A model generated the notes under the pieces. It worked only from the letters and a program-made list of their open reading frames with translations. It did not search any database and had not been told where the DNA came from. This document shows positions 35,954-45,348 of a stretch of 60,711 nucleotides of DNA, piece after piece. The position numbers were made by a program, and so were the translations under genes. Within the stretch, counting starts at the first letter, position 1. The number at the start of each line of letters is the position of its first letter. The DNA is taken from the NCBI GenBank assembly GCA_038213805.1, contig JBBQSO010000027.1, forward strand, positions 1 to 60,711. The letters are read 5' to 3'. The DNA is from Planctomycetota bacterium (GTDB taxonomy: Bacteria; Planctomycetota; UBA11346).

Positions 35954-37123
35954 GTGGCGATCGACGAGGCCCTGCTGCTGCGCCCCGGCGCCGCGCACCC
36001 GCATCCGCCGCTCGGCATCGGCGAGCTGGCGCGCTTCCTGCACGTCGCGCCGCTGACGGCGCGGCGCTGGGTCGACCAGGGCCTGCCCCGGCTGCCCGAC
36101 GGCCGCATCGATCCCTTCACCGCCGCCAACTGGCTGGCCTGGGGTCACCTCGACGAGTGCCCGACGCTGGCGCGGCGCTGGCGCAGCTACCTGACCTTCT
36201 TCGCGCCCTTTGCCGCCGGCCAGGAGCGCGCGCGCCACCTGCGCTGGACGCGTCACCACCGCCTGTGCCTGCCCGGTCCGGTCGCCGGCCTCGACTGGTG
36301 GCTGCCGTTGGTGCCGACGCGCCCGGGCCAGCAGGTCACCGGCGCCCAGGCGCTCGCCGGCCGCGGCCTGGTGTGCACGGCCCACCCCGGATTCCTGCAC
36401 CTGCACGCCGGTTCAGCAGCGGTTTCCGCCGAGGTCTCCGGCACGCTGTCGATCACCCTGGCGCCGCGCATCGTGCTCGCCGCCGGGGCTCCCGGCCACG
36501 CCGAGCTCGCCGCCCTGGTCACCGAGGTCGCCGGCGATTTCCGTTATGAATACCGGCATCACGACGTGGGCGAGTACGATGGTGCCCTCGGCTGGCGGCC
36601 CGGCGCGATGGTCTTGGACGCATCTCAGGTGCCGACCACCGGCAGCTGCCTCGATCTCGCGCTGACCGTGGCCGCGCGGCTGACTGCGCGCAGCCGGCCG
36701 TGGCGGCTGTGCAGCGGCCTGATCGCCGCGACCCACCTCGCCAACCCGCACTTCTGGATCGAGGCGGAACCCGCGCAGGGCGGCGAGTGGATCCCCCTCG
36801 ATCCGACCCTGCCCGCGCTGGTGCGCATGATGGGCGGCGAGTGGCGCGCCCTGGCGGCGCGCTACACCGGTTCCTGCGACGCGCGCCGCGTGTGCCTGCG
36901 CGTCGGTGATCCGCTGGTGCGCGACCCGCTGCTCGCCGACATCCCCGGCGGCGCAAGCCTCGACGGCACCATCGGCGAGGCGGTCGCGACCATGCCCGAC
37001 GGCCGCCGCCTCAACGCCTGGCCGTGCATCGACTGGGTCGGCGGTGAGTGCGAGGCGGAGTTCGACGATCTGCAGGAGCTCACGCCCGCAGCTTGGCCGC
37101 CGTGCGCGCCTCGACGCTCTTGA
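35954..37123 (+). CDS. N-terminal HTH fused to a transglutaminase-like (Cys-His-Asp) domain
   Basis: GELARFLHVAPLTARRWVDQGLP (MerR/excisionase-like HTH); GSCLDLA, NPHFWIEA, WIPLDPT. Confidence 0.75.
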   Translation: MAIDEALLLRPGAAHPHPPLGIGELARFLHVAPLTARRWVDQGLPRLPDGRIDPFTAANWLAWGHLDECPTLARRWRSYLTFFAPFAAGQERARHLRWTRHHRLCLPGPVAGLDWWLPLVPTRPGQQVTGAQALAGRGLVCTAHPGFLHLHAGSAAVSAEVSGTLSITLAPRIVLAAGAPGHAELAALVTEVAGDFRYEYRHHDVGEYDGALGWRPGAMVLDASQVPTTGSCLDLALTVAARLTARSRPWRLCSGLIAATHLANPHFWIEAEPAQGGEWIPLDPTLPALVRMMGGEWRALAARYTGSCDARRVCLRVGDPLVRDPLLADIPGGASLDGTIGEAVATMPDGRRLNAWPCIDWVGGECEAEFDDLQELTPAAWPPCAPRRS

Positions 37124-39476
37124 CGATGCGGCCGTGCAGCTGCTGAAGGTCCTTTTCCTCGAGCGTGCGTTCGGCGGCCTGCAGGCGCACGCGCAGGCTC
37201 ACCGCCTTGTGCGCGGCGGCGATCTGCTCGCCGCGGTAGATGGTGATCAGGTCGATGCCGGCGCACAGCGCACCCGCGGCCTGGCGGGTCGCGGTGGCGA
37301 GATCGCCATAGGGCAGCGCCTCGGGGCACACCCAGGTGTACTCGCGCTCAACCAGCGGGAAGCGGCTCGGCGCGTGGTGCGGGACCGGCTTGGGCGCGCC
37401 CTGGGCCGCGACCAGGCGCTCGAACTCGATGGTGAAATAGCCGACGCGCTCCGGGCAGTCCGCCCGCGCGCGCAGCGGGCGCGGCAGCTCGCCGGCAGCG
37501 CCGACCACCGTGCCCGCGACCAGCAGGTCGACGGCGCGGTCGGGGGCGAGTTCGGCGTGCGGGGCGGTACGCGGCACGTACGTGGCCTCGTGGCCAAGGC
37601 CGCGCAACAGCGCCAGCGCGGCATCGCGCGCGGCGTAGAAGGGGGCCTCCTCGCCGGCGGCGGCGCACATCCCGGCGACCACCACACGCTCGTGCACGGT
37701 GTCGCCGGCGCCGGCCTGCGCGCCGTAGCGCTTGCCGACCTCATAGATGGCGACGTTGCCGCGGTGCTTGCGATTGCGCCCGACCGCCTCGGCGAGCGTC
37801 GGCAGCAGGCTCTGGCGCATCACCGTCTGCTCGCTCGAGAGCGGGTGCGCGAGGCCGACGGTGGTCGCCGCATCCCAACCCAGTGCGCCGGCCCAGGCCG
37901 CGGAGGTGAAGGCGTAGGTCGCGACTTCGCTCCAGCCCTGCGCGGACATGACGCGGCGCGCGCGGTGCTCGGCGCTGCGCAGCGGGTTCAGCGCCGGCGC
38001 GGCGGCGGGCAGGCGCGGCGTCTCGGGCTGGATGCGCTCGTAACCGTGGCTGCGCGCGACCTCCTCGACCAGGTCGGCGGTGCAGCTGACGTCCTTGCGT
38101 CGCCACCACGGCACCGTCACGGCGTTGCCCGCGACCACGAAGCCGAGCGCACTGAGCAGGCGCTCACGCGCCGCCTGGTCGACGGCCAGGCCGGTAAGCC
38201 GCTGTACCGCGTCCACGGGCAGCGTCAGCGTCACCGGTGCGCCGGCCAGGGCGCCGCTGGCGAAGCGCTGCACCACCCGGCAGCCCGGGCACAGCTCGCG
38301 CAGCAGCGTGAGGGTGCAGTTGAGGGCCGCGGGCGCGCCCTCGGGGTAGAGGGTCTTCTCGAAACGCGCCGAACTGTCGGTGGCCACGCCACTGCGCTGA
38401 CGGGTGCGGCGGATGCGCGCAGCCTTGAAGATCGCGGCCTCGATCAGGATGCCGCTGGTGTCGGCCTGGACCATGCTGCCCGCGCCGCCCATGATCCCGG
38501 CCAGGGCCAGCGCGCGCCTGCCGTCGGCGATAACCAGGTCTTCGCCGGCCAGCGCATGGCTGCGCCCGTCGAGGGTGGTGAAGGCCTCGCCGGCGGCGGC
38601 GTCACGCACCGTCACGGTGGTGCCGTCCAGCTCGCGGCGGTCGAAGGCGTGCAGCGGTTCGCCGACCTCGAGCATCACGAAGTTGGTGAGGTCAACGAGC
38701 AGGCCGAGCGGGCGCACGCCGACGCTAGTCAGCAGGTCTTGCATCCACGTCGGCGAGGGCGTGTTGGCGACGCCGTCGACGACCGCGCCGGCATAGGCGG
38801 TGCAGCCGTCACTGCGCAGCTCGGCGCGCCACGGCCCGGCATCGACCGCCCATGTGGTGTCGAGCGGCGCGGGCGGCGGCACGCCCAGGATGGCGGCGAT
38901 CTCGCGCGCCCAGCCCCATTGGCCCCACAGGTCGGGGCGGTGGGTGATCGCGGCGTTCTCGATGACCAGCACGCTGTCGCCCAGGCCGAGCGCCTCGCGC
39001 AGGGGGGTGCCTGCGACCAGCCCAGCATCCAGCACCAGGATGCCATCGTGCCCGCCGGGCAGGCCAAGCTCGTCGGCGGCGCAGATCATGCCTTCGCTGG
39101 GTTCGCCGCGCAGCTTGGCGGCCTTGATCGTGACGGTCGCCGGCGCCCCGTCCTTGCCGGGCATGGTCAGGGTGGTGCCGATGGTCGCGACGGCAACGGT
39201 CTGTCCGACAGCGACGTTGGGCGCGCCACAGACGATCGGCGCCGCGGCACCACGGCCGATGTCGACGGTGGTGACGCGCAGACGGTCGGCACCCGGGTGC
39301 TGGGCGCAGGTCAGGACCTTGCCCACCACCACGCCGGCGAGTGCGGGTCCGGCGACCTCGACCTCGGACTCGAACTCGGCGACGCGCAGGGTCAGGGCCT
39401 TCTGCAGCTCCGCGACCGGCATGGGCAGGGTCGTCAGGTCGAGGAGGCGCTTGATCCAGTTCAGGCTGACGCGCAT
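37080..39476 (-). CDS. pheT: Phenylalanine--tRNA ligase beta subunit
   Basis: MRVSLNWI, HPGADRL, IVCGAPNV, SEGMICAADEL, HRPDLWG, PLHAFD, DLVEEVARSHGY, SRFPLVERE, RTLEEKDL. Confidence 0.96.
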   Translation of the reverse strand: MRVSLNWIKRLLDLTTLPMPVAELQKALTLRVAEFESEVEVAGPALAGVVVGKVLTCAQHPGADRLRVTTVDIGRGAAAPIVCGAPNVAVGQTVAVATIGTTLTMPGKDGAPATVTIKAAKLRGEPSEGMICAADELGLPGGHDGILVLDAGLVAGTPLREALGLGDSVLVIENAAITHRPDLWGQWGWAREIAAILGVPPPAPLDTTWAVDAGPWRAELRSDGCTAYAGAVVDGVANTPSPTWMQDLLTSVGVRPLGLLVDLTNFVMLEVGEPLHAFDRRELDGTTVTVRDAAAGEAFTTLDGRSHALAGEDLVIADGRRALALAGIMGGAGSMVQADTSGILIEAAIFKAARIRRTRQRSGVATDSSARFEKTLYPEGAPAALNCTLTLLRELCPGCRVVQRFASGALAGAPVTLTLPVDAVQRLTGLAVDQAARERLLSALGFVVAGNAVTVPWWRRKDVSCTADLVEEVARSHGYERIQPETPRLPAAAPALNPLRSAEHRARRVMSAQGWSEVATYAFTSAAWAGALGWDAATTVGLAHPLSSEQTVMRQSLLPTLAEAVGRNRKHRGNVAIYEVGKRYGAQAGAGDTVHERVVVAGMCAAAGEEAPFYAARDAALALLRGLGHEATYVPRTAPHAELAPDRAVDLLVAGTVVGAAGELPRPLRARADCPERVGYFTIEFERLVAAQGAPKPVPHHAPSRFPLVEREYTWVCPEALPYGDLATATRQAAGALCAGIDLITIYRGEQIAAAHKAVSLRVRLQAAERTLEEKDLQQLHGRIVKSVEARTAAKLRA

Positions 39477-39566
39477 GGCGGCTCCGGTGGCGGCGCGGCC
39501 GCACGGGTGGAGCGGCACAGGTTCGGGAGGTGGGCTGGGATGCAAGTGTGGGGACCTGCGGCCCCG

Positions 39567-39720
39567 GTCCGGAAGTCCGGAGGTCCGGAAGTCCGGGACG
39601 CGGCAGCCTGGCGGGCGCGCCGGCAGTCTCCGGTCCTGCGGAGCACCGGAAACCCCATCTGAGACCACCAGCCCCCGCGAGCCGAGACTTCCGGACTTCC
39701 GGACTCCCGGACTTCCGGAC
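39567..39720. repeat. Inverted octamer arrays (GTCCGGAA)n ... (GACTTCCG)n between divergent genes
   Basis: gtccggaagtccggaggtccggaagtccggg at 39567-39597; gacttccggacttccggactcccggacttccggac at 39686-39720. Confidence 0.85.
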
Positions 39721-39765
39721 TCTCCCCCGTTGCCACCGCTTCCCCGTCCCTTTAGTCTCGTCCCC

Positions 39766-40314
39766 GTGGCCTCGGCACAATTTACCAGCGCCCGTACGAT
39801 CTTCGCTTCGCCGCGCTTCGCGTTGATGGAGGAGACCTTCGCCACGTCGGACGGCGAGGTGGTGCGCCCGGTCATCCACCACCCGGGCGCCGTCGCGATC
39901 CTCGCACAACCGCGTCCCGACACGCTGCTGCTGGTGCGCCAATACCGGTATCCGATCCGCCGCTGGACGCTGGAGATCCCCGCCGGCACGCGCGTCCCGG
40001 GCGAGTCCCCCGAAGCCACCGCGGCGCGCGAACTGCAGGAGGAGGCCGGCTTCAGCGCCGCGCACCTCGATGAGCTCACCCGCTTCCTGCCCGCGGTCGG
40101 GGTCTCCGATGAAGAGCTCATCATCTACCGCGCCACCGGCCTCAGCGAGATCGCAGCCGCGCCCGAGCACGGCGAGCTCGTCGCGCGCGAGGTGGTCGCG
40201 CTCGATCGCGTGCCCACGCTGCTCGCGGAAGGGCTCATCTGCGACGCCAAGACGCTGTTCGCCCTGGTCCTGATCGGCCTGCCGGTCTCCTTCGCCAAGG
40301 CCGCCCATGACTGA
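39766..40314 (+). CDS. NUDIX hydrolase (ADP-ribose pyrophosphatase-like)
   Basis: HPGAVAIL, LVRQYRYP, Nudix box EIPAGTRVPGESPEATAARELQEEAG, DAKT. GTG start uncertain. Confidence 0.9.
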   Translation: MASAQFTSARTIFASPRFALMEETFATSDGEVVRPVIHHPGAVAILAQPRPDTLLLVRQYRYPIRRWTLEIPAGTRVPGESPEATAARELQEEAGFSAAHLDELTRFLPAVGVSDEELIIYRATGLSEIAAAPEHGELVAREVVALDRVPTLLAEGLICDAKTLFALVLIGLPVSFAKAAHD

Positions 40315-41176
40315 ACCGCACGCGCACGACGACCACCACCGCACCACCACCAACGCCATCCCGCAATTCGCCATGGAGAAAAGCGCGCTGGTGATGTCCT
40401 CGACCGGACGCGGCATCCTCGACCGCGCCCAGGTCGCCGGTCGCGCCCTGCTGCTGCTGTGGTCGGCCGGCCTGCACGTGGTCGAGGTCAAGCGCAGCAT
40501 CCCGATGCTGCTGCGCCAGATCGAGTTCTGCGGCTTTGGCTCGCTGCTGGTCCTGGCGCTGATCTCCGGCCTGACCGGCATGATCATGGCCGTGCAGACC
40601 GGCATCGCCCTGCAGGCTTATGACCAGACCAATCTGCTCGGTGGCATCATCGGCGTGACCTTCTGCCGCGAGCTCGGCCCGATCTGGGCGGCGGTGATCA
40701 TTCTCGCCCGCGTCGGCGCCGGCATGGCCGCCGAACTTGGTACCATGGCGGTCAACGACGAGATCGACGCCCTGCGCGCGATGAGCATCGACCCGGTACG
40801 CTACCTGGTGATGCCGCGCATCCTCGCCCTGGCCATCGTCATGCCGCTGCTCGCCGCGGTCTCGGACTTCGTTGGCATGCTCGGCGGCGCGCTCATCGCC
40901 AAGGCGACTTTCGGAACGCTGATCACCACCTTCTTCGAGTCGGCCAAGAACAGCCTCGCCTTCCTCGACGTGTCCTCGGGCCTGTTCAAGTCCTTCGTCT
41001 TCGCCTGCCTGATCGGTACCATCGCCTGCGACCAGGGCATGAACACCACCGACGGCGCCGAGGGCGTCGGCCGTTCGACCACCAAGACCGTGGTGCTGAG
41101 CATCATCTTCGTGCTGCTGATGGACCTGTTCCTGACCTCCTTCGTACAGCTCGCCATGAAGCGGCTCCTCGCATGA
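40307..41176 (+). CDS. mlaE: MlaE-family ABC transporter permease
   Basis: RELGPIWAAVII, ARVGAGMAAELGTM, EIDALRAMSIDP..YLVMPRILA, GAEGVGRSTT. Confidence 0.95.
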   Translation: MTEPHAHDDHHRTTTNAIPQFAMEKSALVMSSTGRGILDRAQVAGRALLLLWSAGLHVVEVKRSIPMLLRQIEFCGFGSLLVLALISGLTGMIMAVQTGIALQAYDQTNLLGGIIGVTFCRELGPIWAAVIILARVGAGMAAELGTMAVNDEIDALRAMSIDPVRYLVMPRILALAIVMPLLAAVSDFVGMLGGALIAKATFGTLITTFFESAKNSLAFLDVSSGLFKSFVFACLIGTIACDQGMNTTDGAEGVGRSTTKTVVLSIIFVLLMDLFLTSFVQLAMKRLLA

Positions 41177-42123
41177 GCGATACGCCCCCGCGAAATCCCG
41201 CCAACCTTGCCGAGGGGGTGCCTGCGCCAGTGGCGGCAGTCACGCCGGGGGCCTCGTCGGGCTCATCATCGTTGGCCACGAAGAGCCCGCGCGGTGGCTG
41301 GACGCGGCAGGAGCTCGAGCGCGCCGCGCGCCTCGCCCCGGTGCCGCCGGACAAGCAGGTGCTGATGCGCATCCGCGACCTGCACAAACATTTCGGCCAC
41401 CGCCACATCCTGCGCGGCATCGACATCGACGTCTACCAGGGCGAGACCCTGGTCATCCTCGGTGGCTCGGGCTCGGGCAAAACCACCCTCATCCGCCACA
41501 TCATGGGCATGCTGCGCAGCGACGCCGGCGCGGTGACCGTCGGCGACCTCAACCTCAACGCCGCCACCCCCGAGCAGATGGCGGGCTACCGCCGGCGCAT
41601 GGGCGTGGTATTCCAGATGGCGGCGCTGCTCAATTCGCTGACCATCCTCGAAAACGTCGGCCTGCCCCTGGTCGAGGTCGACCGACTGCCCGCCGACCAG
41701 GTGCGCGCGCGCGTCATCAAGGCGCTCAAGCAGGTCTTCTTGCCGGCGGAGGAGATCCTCCAGCTCAAGCCCGCGGATCTCTCGGGCGGCATGCGCAAGC
41801 GCGTCGGCATCGCCCGCGCCATCATCCAGAACCCCGAGATCATCCTCTACGACGAGCCCACCACCGGCCTCGACCCGGTGACTGTCAATGGCGTCAACGA
41901 GTTGACCCTCGAACTGCAGAAGTCGCTCGGCGTGACCTCGATCGTCATCACCCACGATCTGCATGCCGCCTTCATGATCGCCGACCGCATCGCGATGCTC
42001 TACAAGGGCCGCATGATAGAGGTGGGGGACAGGGAGCAGATCAAGGCCTCGCTGCACCCGGTGATGCACCAGATGCTGACCGGATCGACCAAGGGGCCGC
42101 TGACGGAAGGGTACACCTCGTGA
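41173..42123 (+). CDS. mlaF: MlaF-family ABC transporter ATP-binding protein
   Basis: GGSGSGKT, LSGGMRKRVGIARA, YDEPTTGLDP, ITHDL. Confidence 0.95.
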   Translation: MSDTPPRNPANLAEGVPAPVAAVTPGASSGSSSLATKSPRGGWTRQELERAARLAPVPPDKQVLMRIRDLHKHFGHRHILRGIDIDVYQGETLVILGGSGSGKTTLIRHIMGMLRSDAGAVTVGDLNLNAATPEQMAGYRRRMGVVFQMAALLNSLTILENVGLPLVEVDRLPADQVRARVIKALKQVFLPAEEILQLKPADLSGGMRKRVGIARAIIQNPEIILYDEPTTGLDPVTVNGVNELTLELQKSLGVTSIVITHDLHAAFMIADRIAMLYKGRMIEVGDREQIKASLHPVMHQMLTGSTKGPLTEGYTS

Positions 42124-42189
42124 GCGGGCCATCCGTGATCCACCGCGCGACCCTCCGCCCCCGTCTCTTTGCAACCGCCAGCCCCATTA

Positions 42190-42219
42190 TTGATGCCATC
42201 CCGGAAACCGCCCTATATT
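42190..42219 (+). promoter_or_regulatory. Candidate internal sigma70-like promoter for mlaD-pldA
   Basis: TTGATG-N18-TATATT within the 124-nt mlaF-mlaD gap. Confidence 0.4.
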
Positions 42220-42247
42220 CCGCAGCCATGTACAACGCGGGCGCCCA

Positions 42248-43807
42248 GTGAACAGCGAAGTCAAGGTCGGCATCCTGTTCTTCCTGGGTCTCGGCCTGGT
42301 GCTGTGGCTGACCATGTTCACCACCCAGCTCGGCCAGACCAAGGGTACCTACGCGGTCAACTTCCCACGCGTCTCCAAGCTGAAGGAGGGCGACATGGTC
42401 ACCTTCAACGGCGTGCGCGTCGGCACCATCACCGAGGTCGCGCCGGTGCTGGTCGACGGCGCCCCGGTGGTCCAGGTCAGCTTCTCGATCCAGGCCGAGC
42501 GGCAGAAGTTCGTGCTGGTCGACGAGCACACCCAGTTCCGCATCGTCCAGGCGGTGCTCGGCGGCTCGGCTCTCGACATGGCCTCGCATTCCGGCAAGCC
42601 GATCGCACCTGACCTGGTGCGCGGCCGCATGGGATCCGACCCGGCCGGCTTCGACGAGGTCCTGGGCAGCGTCAAGGTGGTGATCGACGAGAACCGCGCT
42701 GAGATCAAGCAGGCCATCACCACCGTGCGCGAGAGCATGGAAAAGTTCGGCCGCGCCTCCGAACAGATCGAAGCCCTGGTCAAGGACAACCGCGCCGAGG
42801 TCGGCAAGGCGATCACCAACTTCTCGGAGATGTCCGAGCGCATCGCCAAGCTGGTCGAGGAGAACCGCCAGGGCATCAAGGACTCGATCGCGCGCTTCGA
42901 CGAGATGTCGCAGCAGATCCGCGATCTGGTCAAGGAGAACCGCGAGAGCGTCAAGTCGGCCGCCGACAAGCTGCCGGTCGCGGTCCAGAATGTCGGCGAC
43001 GCGGCGAAGTCCATCCAGACCACCGTTGACGAGAATCGCGCCGACATCCGCAAGGCGATCGCCGACATCGCCAGCTTCACGCCCAAGCTCAATAAGATCG
43101 GTGACAACCTCGAAGTCATCACCACCCAGATCGCCTCGGGTAAGGGCACCGTCGGCAAGCTGGTGTTCGAGGACACCCTGCACGACAAGACGGTGCAGGC
43201 CGTCGACAGCCTCAACAACCGCCTCGAGGAGGTCAAGCCGCTCACCGGCGGCTTCAGCGAGACCAAGCTGTGGCTCGGCGTGGCGGGGGGCATCGACACC
43301 AACACCAAGTCGAGCACCTATGGCGCCTACCTGCGCTACGAGCCCAAGCCGTGGAAGTTCTACGAGGGCGGCGTCAGCTACCGCACCGCCCCAGACGCGC
43401 GCGTGGTCAAGTCCGACGATCCCAACCGCTTCAACGTCGACTTCACCCTGCTGCTCGGCTGGCGCTTCGTCCCGGACGACGAGGCTCAGATCTACCATCT
43501 CAGCCTGGCCGCCGGCATCATCGAGAGCCAGCCCGGCGTGACCGCGAGCTGGAGCTTCACCGACCGCCTCAGTCTCGACGTCATGGCGCGCGGCAAGGAC
43601 AACCAGCGCGACCAGGACGACCGCCGCTTCGAGGATGGCCACGTCATGCTGCGCGCTGCGCTCAGCTACCGCCTGTGGGACCGCATCACCATCAGCGCTG
43701 GCGGCAACGACCTGGGCGTTAAGCCGGGCGGCTGGGTTGCGCTCAGCGGCGAGCTGCTCGACAACGACCTGCGTGGCATCACCCAGGCCACGGCCCTCGG
43801 CAAGTAG
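42248..43807 (+). CDS. mlaD: MlaD/MCE protein with helical-repeat stalk and predicted C-terminal beta-barrel
   Basis: EVKVGILF TM helix; LKEGDMVTFNGVRVGTI (MCE); five (D/E)NR helical repeats; GKGTVGKLV; alternating amphipathic beta-strands in the C-terminal part. Confidence 0.9.
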   Translation: MNSEVKVGILFFLGLGLVLWLTMFTTQLGQTKGTYAVNFPRVSKLKEGDMVTFNGVRVGTITEVAPVLVDGAPVVQVSFSIQAERQKFVLVDEHTQFRIVQAVLGGSALDMASHSGKPIAPDLVRGRMGSDPAGFDEVLGSVKVVIDENRAEIKQAITTVRESMEKFGRASEQIEALVKDNRAEVGKAITNFSEMSERIAKLVEENRQGIKDSIARFDEMSQQIRDLVKENRESVKSAADKLPVAVQNVGDAAKSIQTTVDENRADIRKAIADIASFTPKLNKIGDNLEVITTQIASGKGTVGKLVFEDTLHDKTVQAVDSLNNRLEEVKPLTGGFSETKLWLGVAGGIDTNTKSSTYGAYLRYEPKPWKFYEGGVSYRTAPDARVVKSDDPNRFNVDFTLLLGWRFVPDDEAQIYHLSLAAGIIESQPGVTASWSFTDRLSLDVMARGKDNQRDQDDRRFEDGHVMLRAALSYRLWDRITISAGGNDLGVKPGGWVALSGELLDNDLRGITQATALGK

Positions 43808-43820
43808 GGATGCGGCGGTG

Positions 43821-44729
43821 ATGGCGATCCTCAATCTCTCACGCCCGGTCCTGCTTTTGGCGTGCGCCACCCTGGCGGGTGCGGTCGACGCCCCGCCGCC
43901 AGAGGCTTCGCCTCCGGCCCAGCCCGCCCCCGGAGCGCCGGCCCCGCTCGGCGAGGTCGCGACCACACCCAAACCCCAAGGCGACGCCAAGTCTCAGGAC
44001 GACCGCCTGCGCTCGGCGATCTCGGCCTACGAGCCGGTTTATTTCCTGTTCGGCGACCGCGGCGGCGTGGACGCCAAGTTCCAGTTCAGCCTCAAGGCGC
44101 AGCTGCTCAGTCCCGCCGGCCTGTTCGCAGGCGGTCCGCGCGCACTGGGCGCGTTCTTCTTCGGCTACAGCCAGACCTCGCTGTGGGACCTGCACGGCGA
44201 GTCCAAGCCGTTCCGCGACTCCAGCTACCGGCCGGAACTGTTCTACTACGACGACCTCGGGCTGTTCGACCGGGATTCGGGCGTCAGCCTGGCCGTGCAG
44301 ACCGGCTTCGCCCATGAGTCCAACGGCAAGTCCGGCACGGAGTCGCGCAGCATCAACACGCTGTTCGCGACGCCCATCCTCACCCTGGGCGCCGATGGTG
44401 CGACGCAGCTGACCATCGCGCCGCGGCTGGTCTACTACATCGAGAAGACCGAGAACGCGGACATCACCGACTACCGCGGTTATGGCGACCTGCTGCTCAA
44501 GCTGAGCCTGGCGCATGGCTGGCAGTTCTCCGTCGATGGCCGCATCGGCACCGGCGCGCACAAGGGCAGCATCCAGTTCGACGTCTCCTACCCGCTCGAT
44601 CGCATGACCGGGGGAGCGATCTCCGGCTTCCTCGGTTTGCAGTACTTCGACGGCTACGGTGAGACCATCCTCGATTACGATCGGCGCGTCGAATCGCGTG
44701 TGCGCATCGGCTACGTGCTGGTGCGCTGA
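43821..44729 (+). CDS. pldA: Outer-membrane phospholipase A (OMPLA)
   Basis: KFQFSLK, GYSQTSLW, SKPFRDSSYRPELF, catalytic HESNG, SRSIN, DITDYRGYG, QYFDGYGETILDY. Confidence 0.93.
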   Translation: MAILNLSRPVLLLACATLAGAVDAPPPEASPPAQPAPGAPAPLGEVATTPKPQGDAKSQDDRLRSAISAYEPVYFLFGDRGGVDAKFQFSLKAQLLSPAGLFAGGPRALGAFFFGYSQTSLWDLHGESKPFRDSSYRPELFYYDDLGLFDRDSGVSLAVQTGFAHESNGKSGTESRSINTLFATPILTLGADGATQLTIAPRLVYYIEKTENADITDYRGYGDLLLKLSLAHGWQFSVDGRIGTGAHKGSIQFDVSYPLDRMTGGAISGFLGLQYFDGYGETILDYDRRVESRVRIGYVLVR

Positions 44730-45238
44730 GGGACGGCGCTCCATGCCAGGCCGGCGAGCAGCACGGCGACCGCCGCGGCGAGGGGGCGCTCCAGTCCGCC
44801 TGGCCAGGCGAGCAGCGAGGCCATCCCCGTCACCACCGCGAGTGCGCCCAGGATCGCCTGACGCCGCCAACCAGGGTAACGCGTCAGGCCCGCGCCATGC
44901 AAGCGCACCAGCCCGTTGCCGATCAGGAATGACGCCAGGATCAGGCCGGGGATGGCCGGGCGCGGGCTGAGCCGCAGGCACAGCAGTCCCCCGCCCTCCA
45001 GGTCGATCAGACCACAGAGGGTGAGCAAGGCGCCGCCCGCCCGTGCGCCCAACGCCCGTGCCCGGTCCATCTGCAGCATGCCACCGCCAGCGAGCAGCAG
45101 CCCGGTCGCAAGGGGGGGCGCGGCGATCACGACCGCAACCACGGCGCCCACGGCCAGCAGCGCGAATGCCGCTTGGCAGGCGCGCCCCGCCAGCGGGCGG
45201 GCGCGTGGCGGGGGGGCGGGCGGTGCGGTTGCGGGCAT
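44711..45238 (-). CDS. HdeD/DUF308-like membrane protein
   Basis: Multiple short Gly-rich TM helices (GLLLAGGGMLQ, LASFLIGNGLVRL, GWRRQAILGAL, LLAWP). Confidence 0.55.
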   Translation of the reverse strand: MPATAPPAPPPRARPLAGRACQAAFALLAVGAVVAVVIAAPPLATGLLLAGGGMLQMDRARALGARAGGALLTLCGLIDLEGGGLLCLRLSPRPAIPGLILASFLIGNGLVRLHGAGLTRYPGWRRQAILGALAVVTGMASLLAWPGGLERPLAAAVAVLLAGLAWSAVPQRTST

Positions 45239-45348
45239 CGCTTGCCATGGTCGGCACGGCCGGGCGGCGGCAAGCTCCGCCGGAGCGGGTGGGACCAGCC
45301 GCCTCCCCCCGTTGTGGCCCTGCGCTTGGGGTCTACGCTCGCATCCAG

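Noticed and set aside
35954..36200. Terminase-small-subunit-like HTH as evidence of a prophage
   Set aside because: No other phage genes, integrase or att sites; the flanking genes are housekeeping.
39477..40124. Long N-terminal extensions in the ORF track (pheT, leuB, CNNM, NUDIX, pssA, the 56014-58545 ORF)
   Set aside because: They overlap neighbouring genes or repeats; family-typical N-termini begin at the downstream starts used above.
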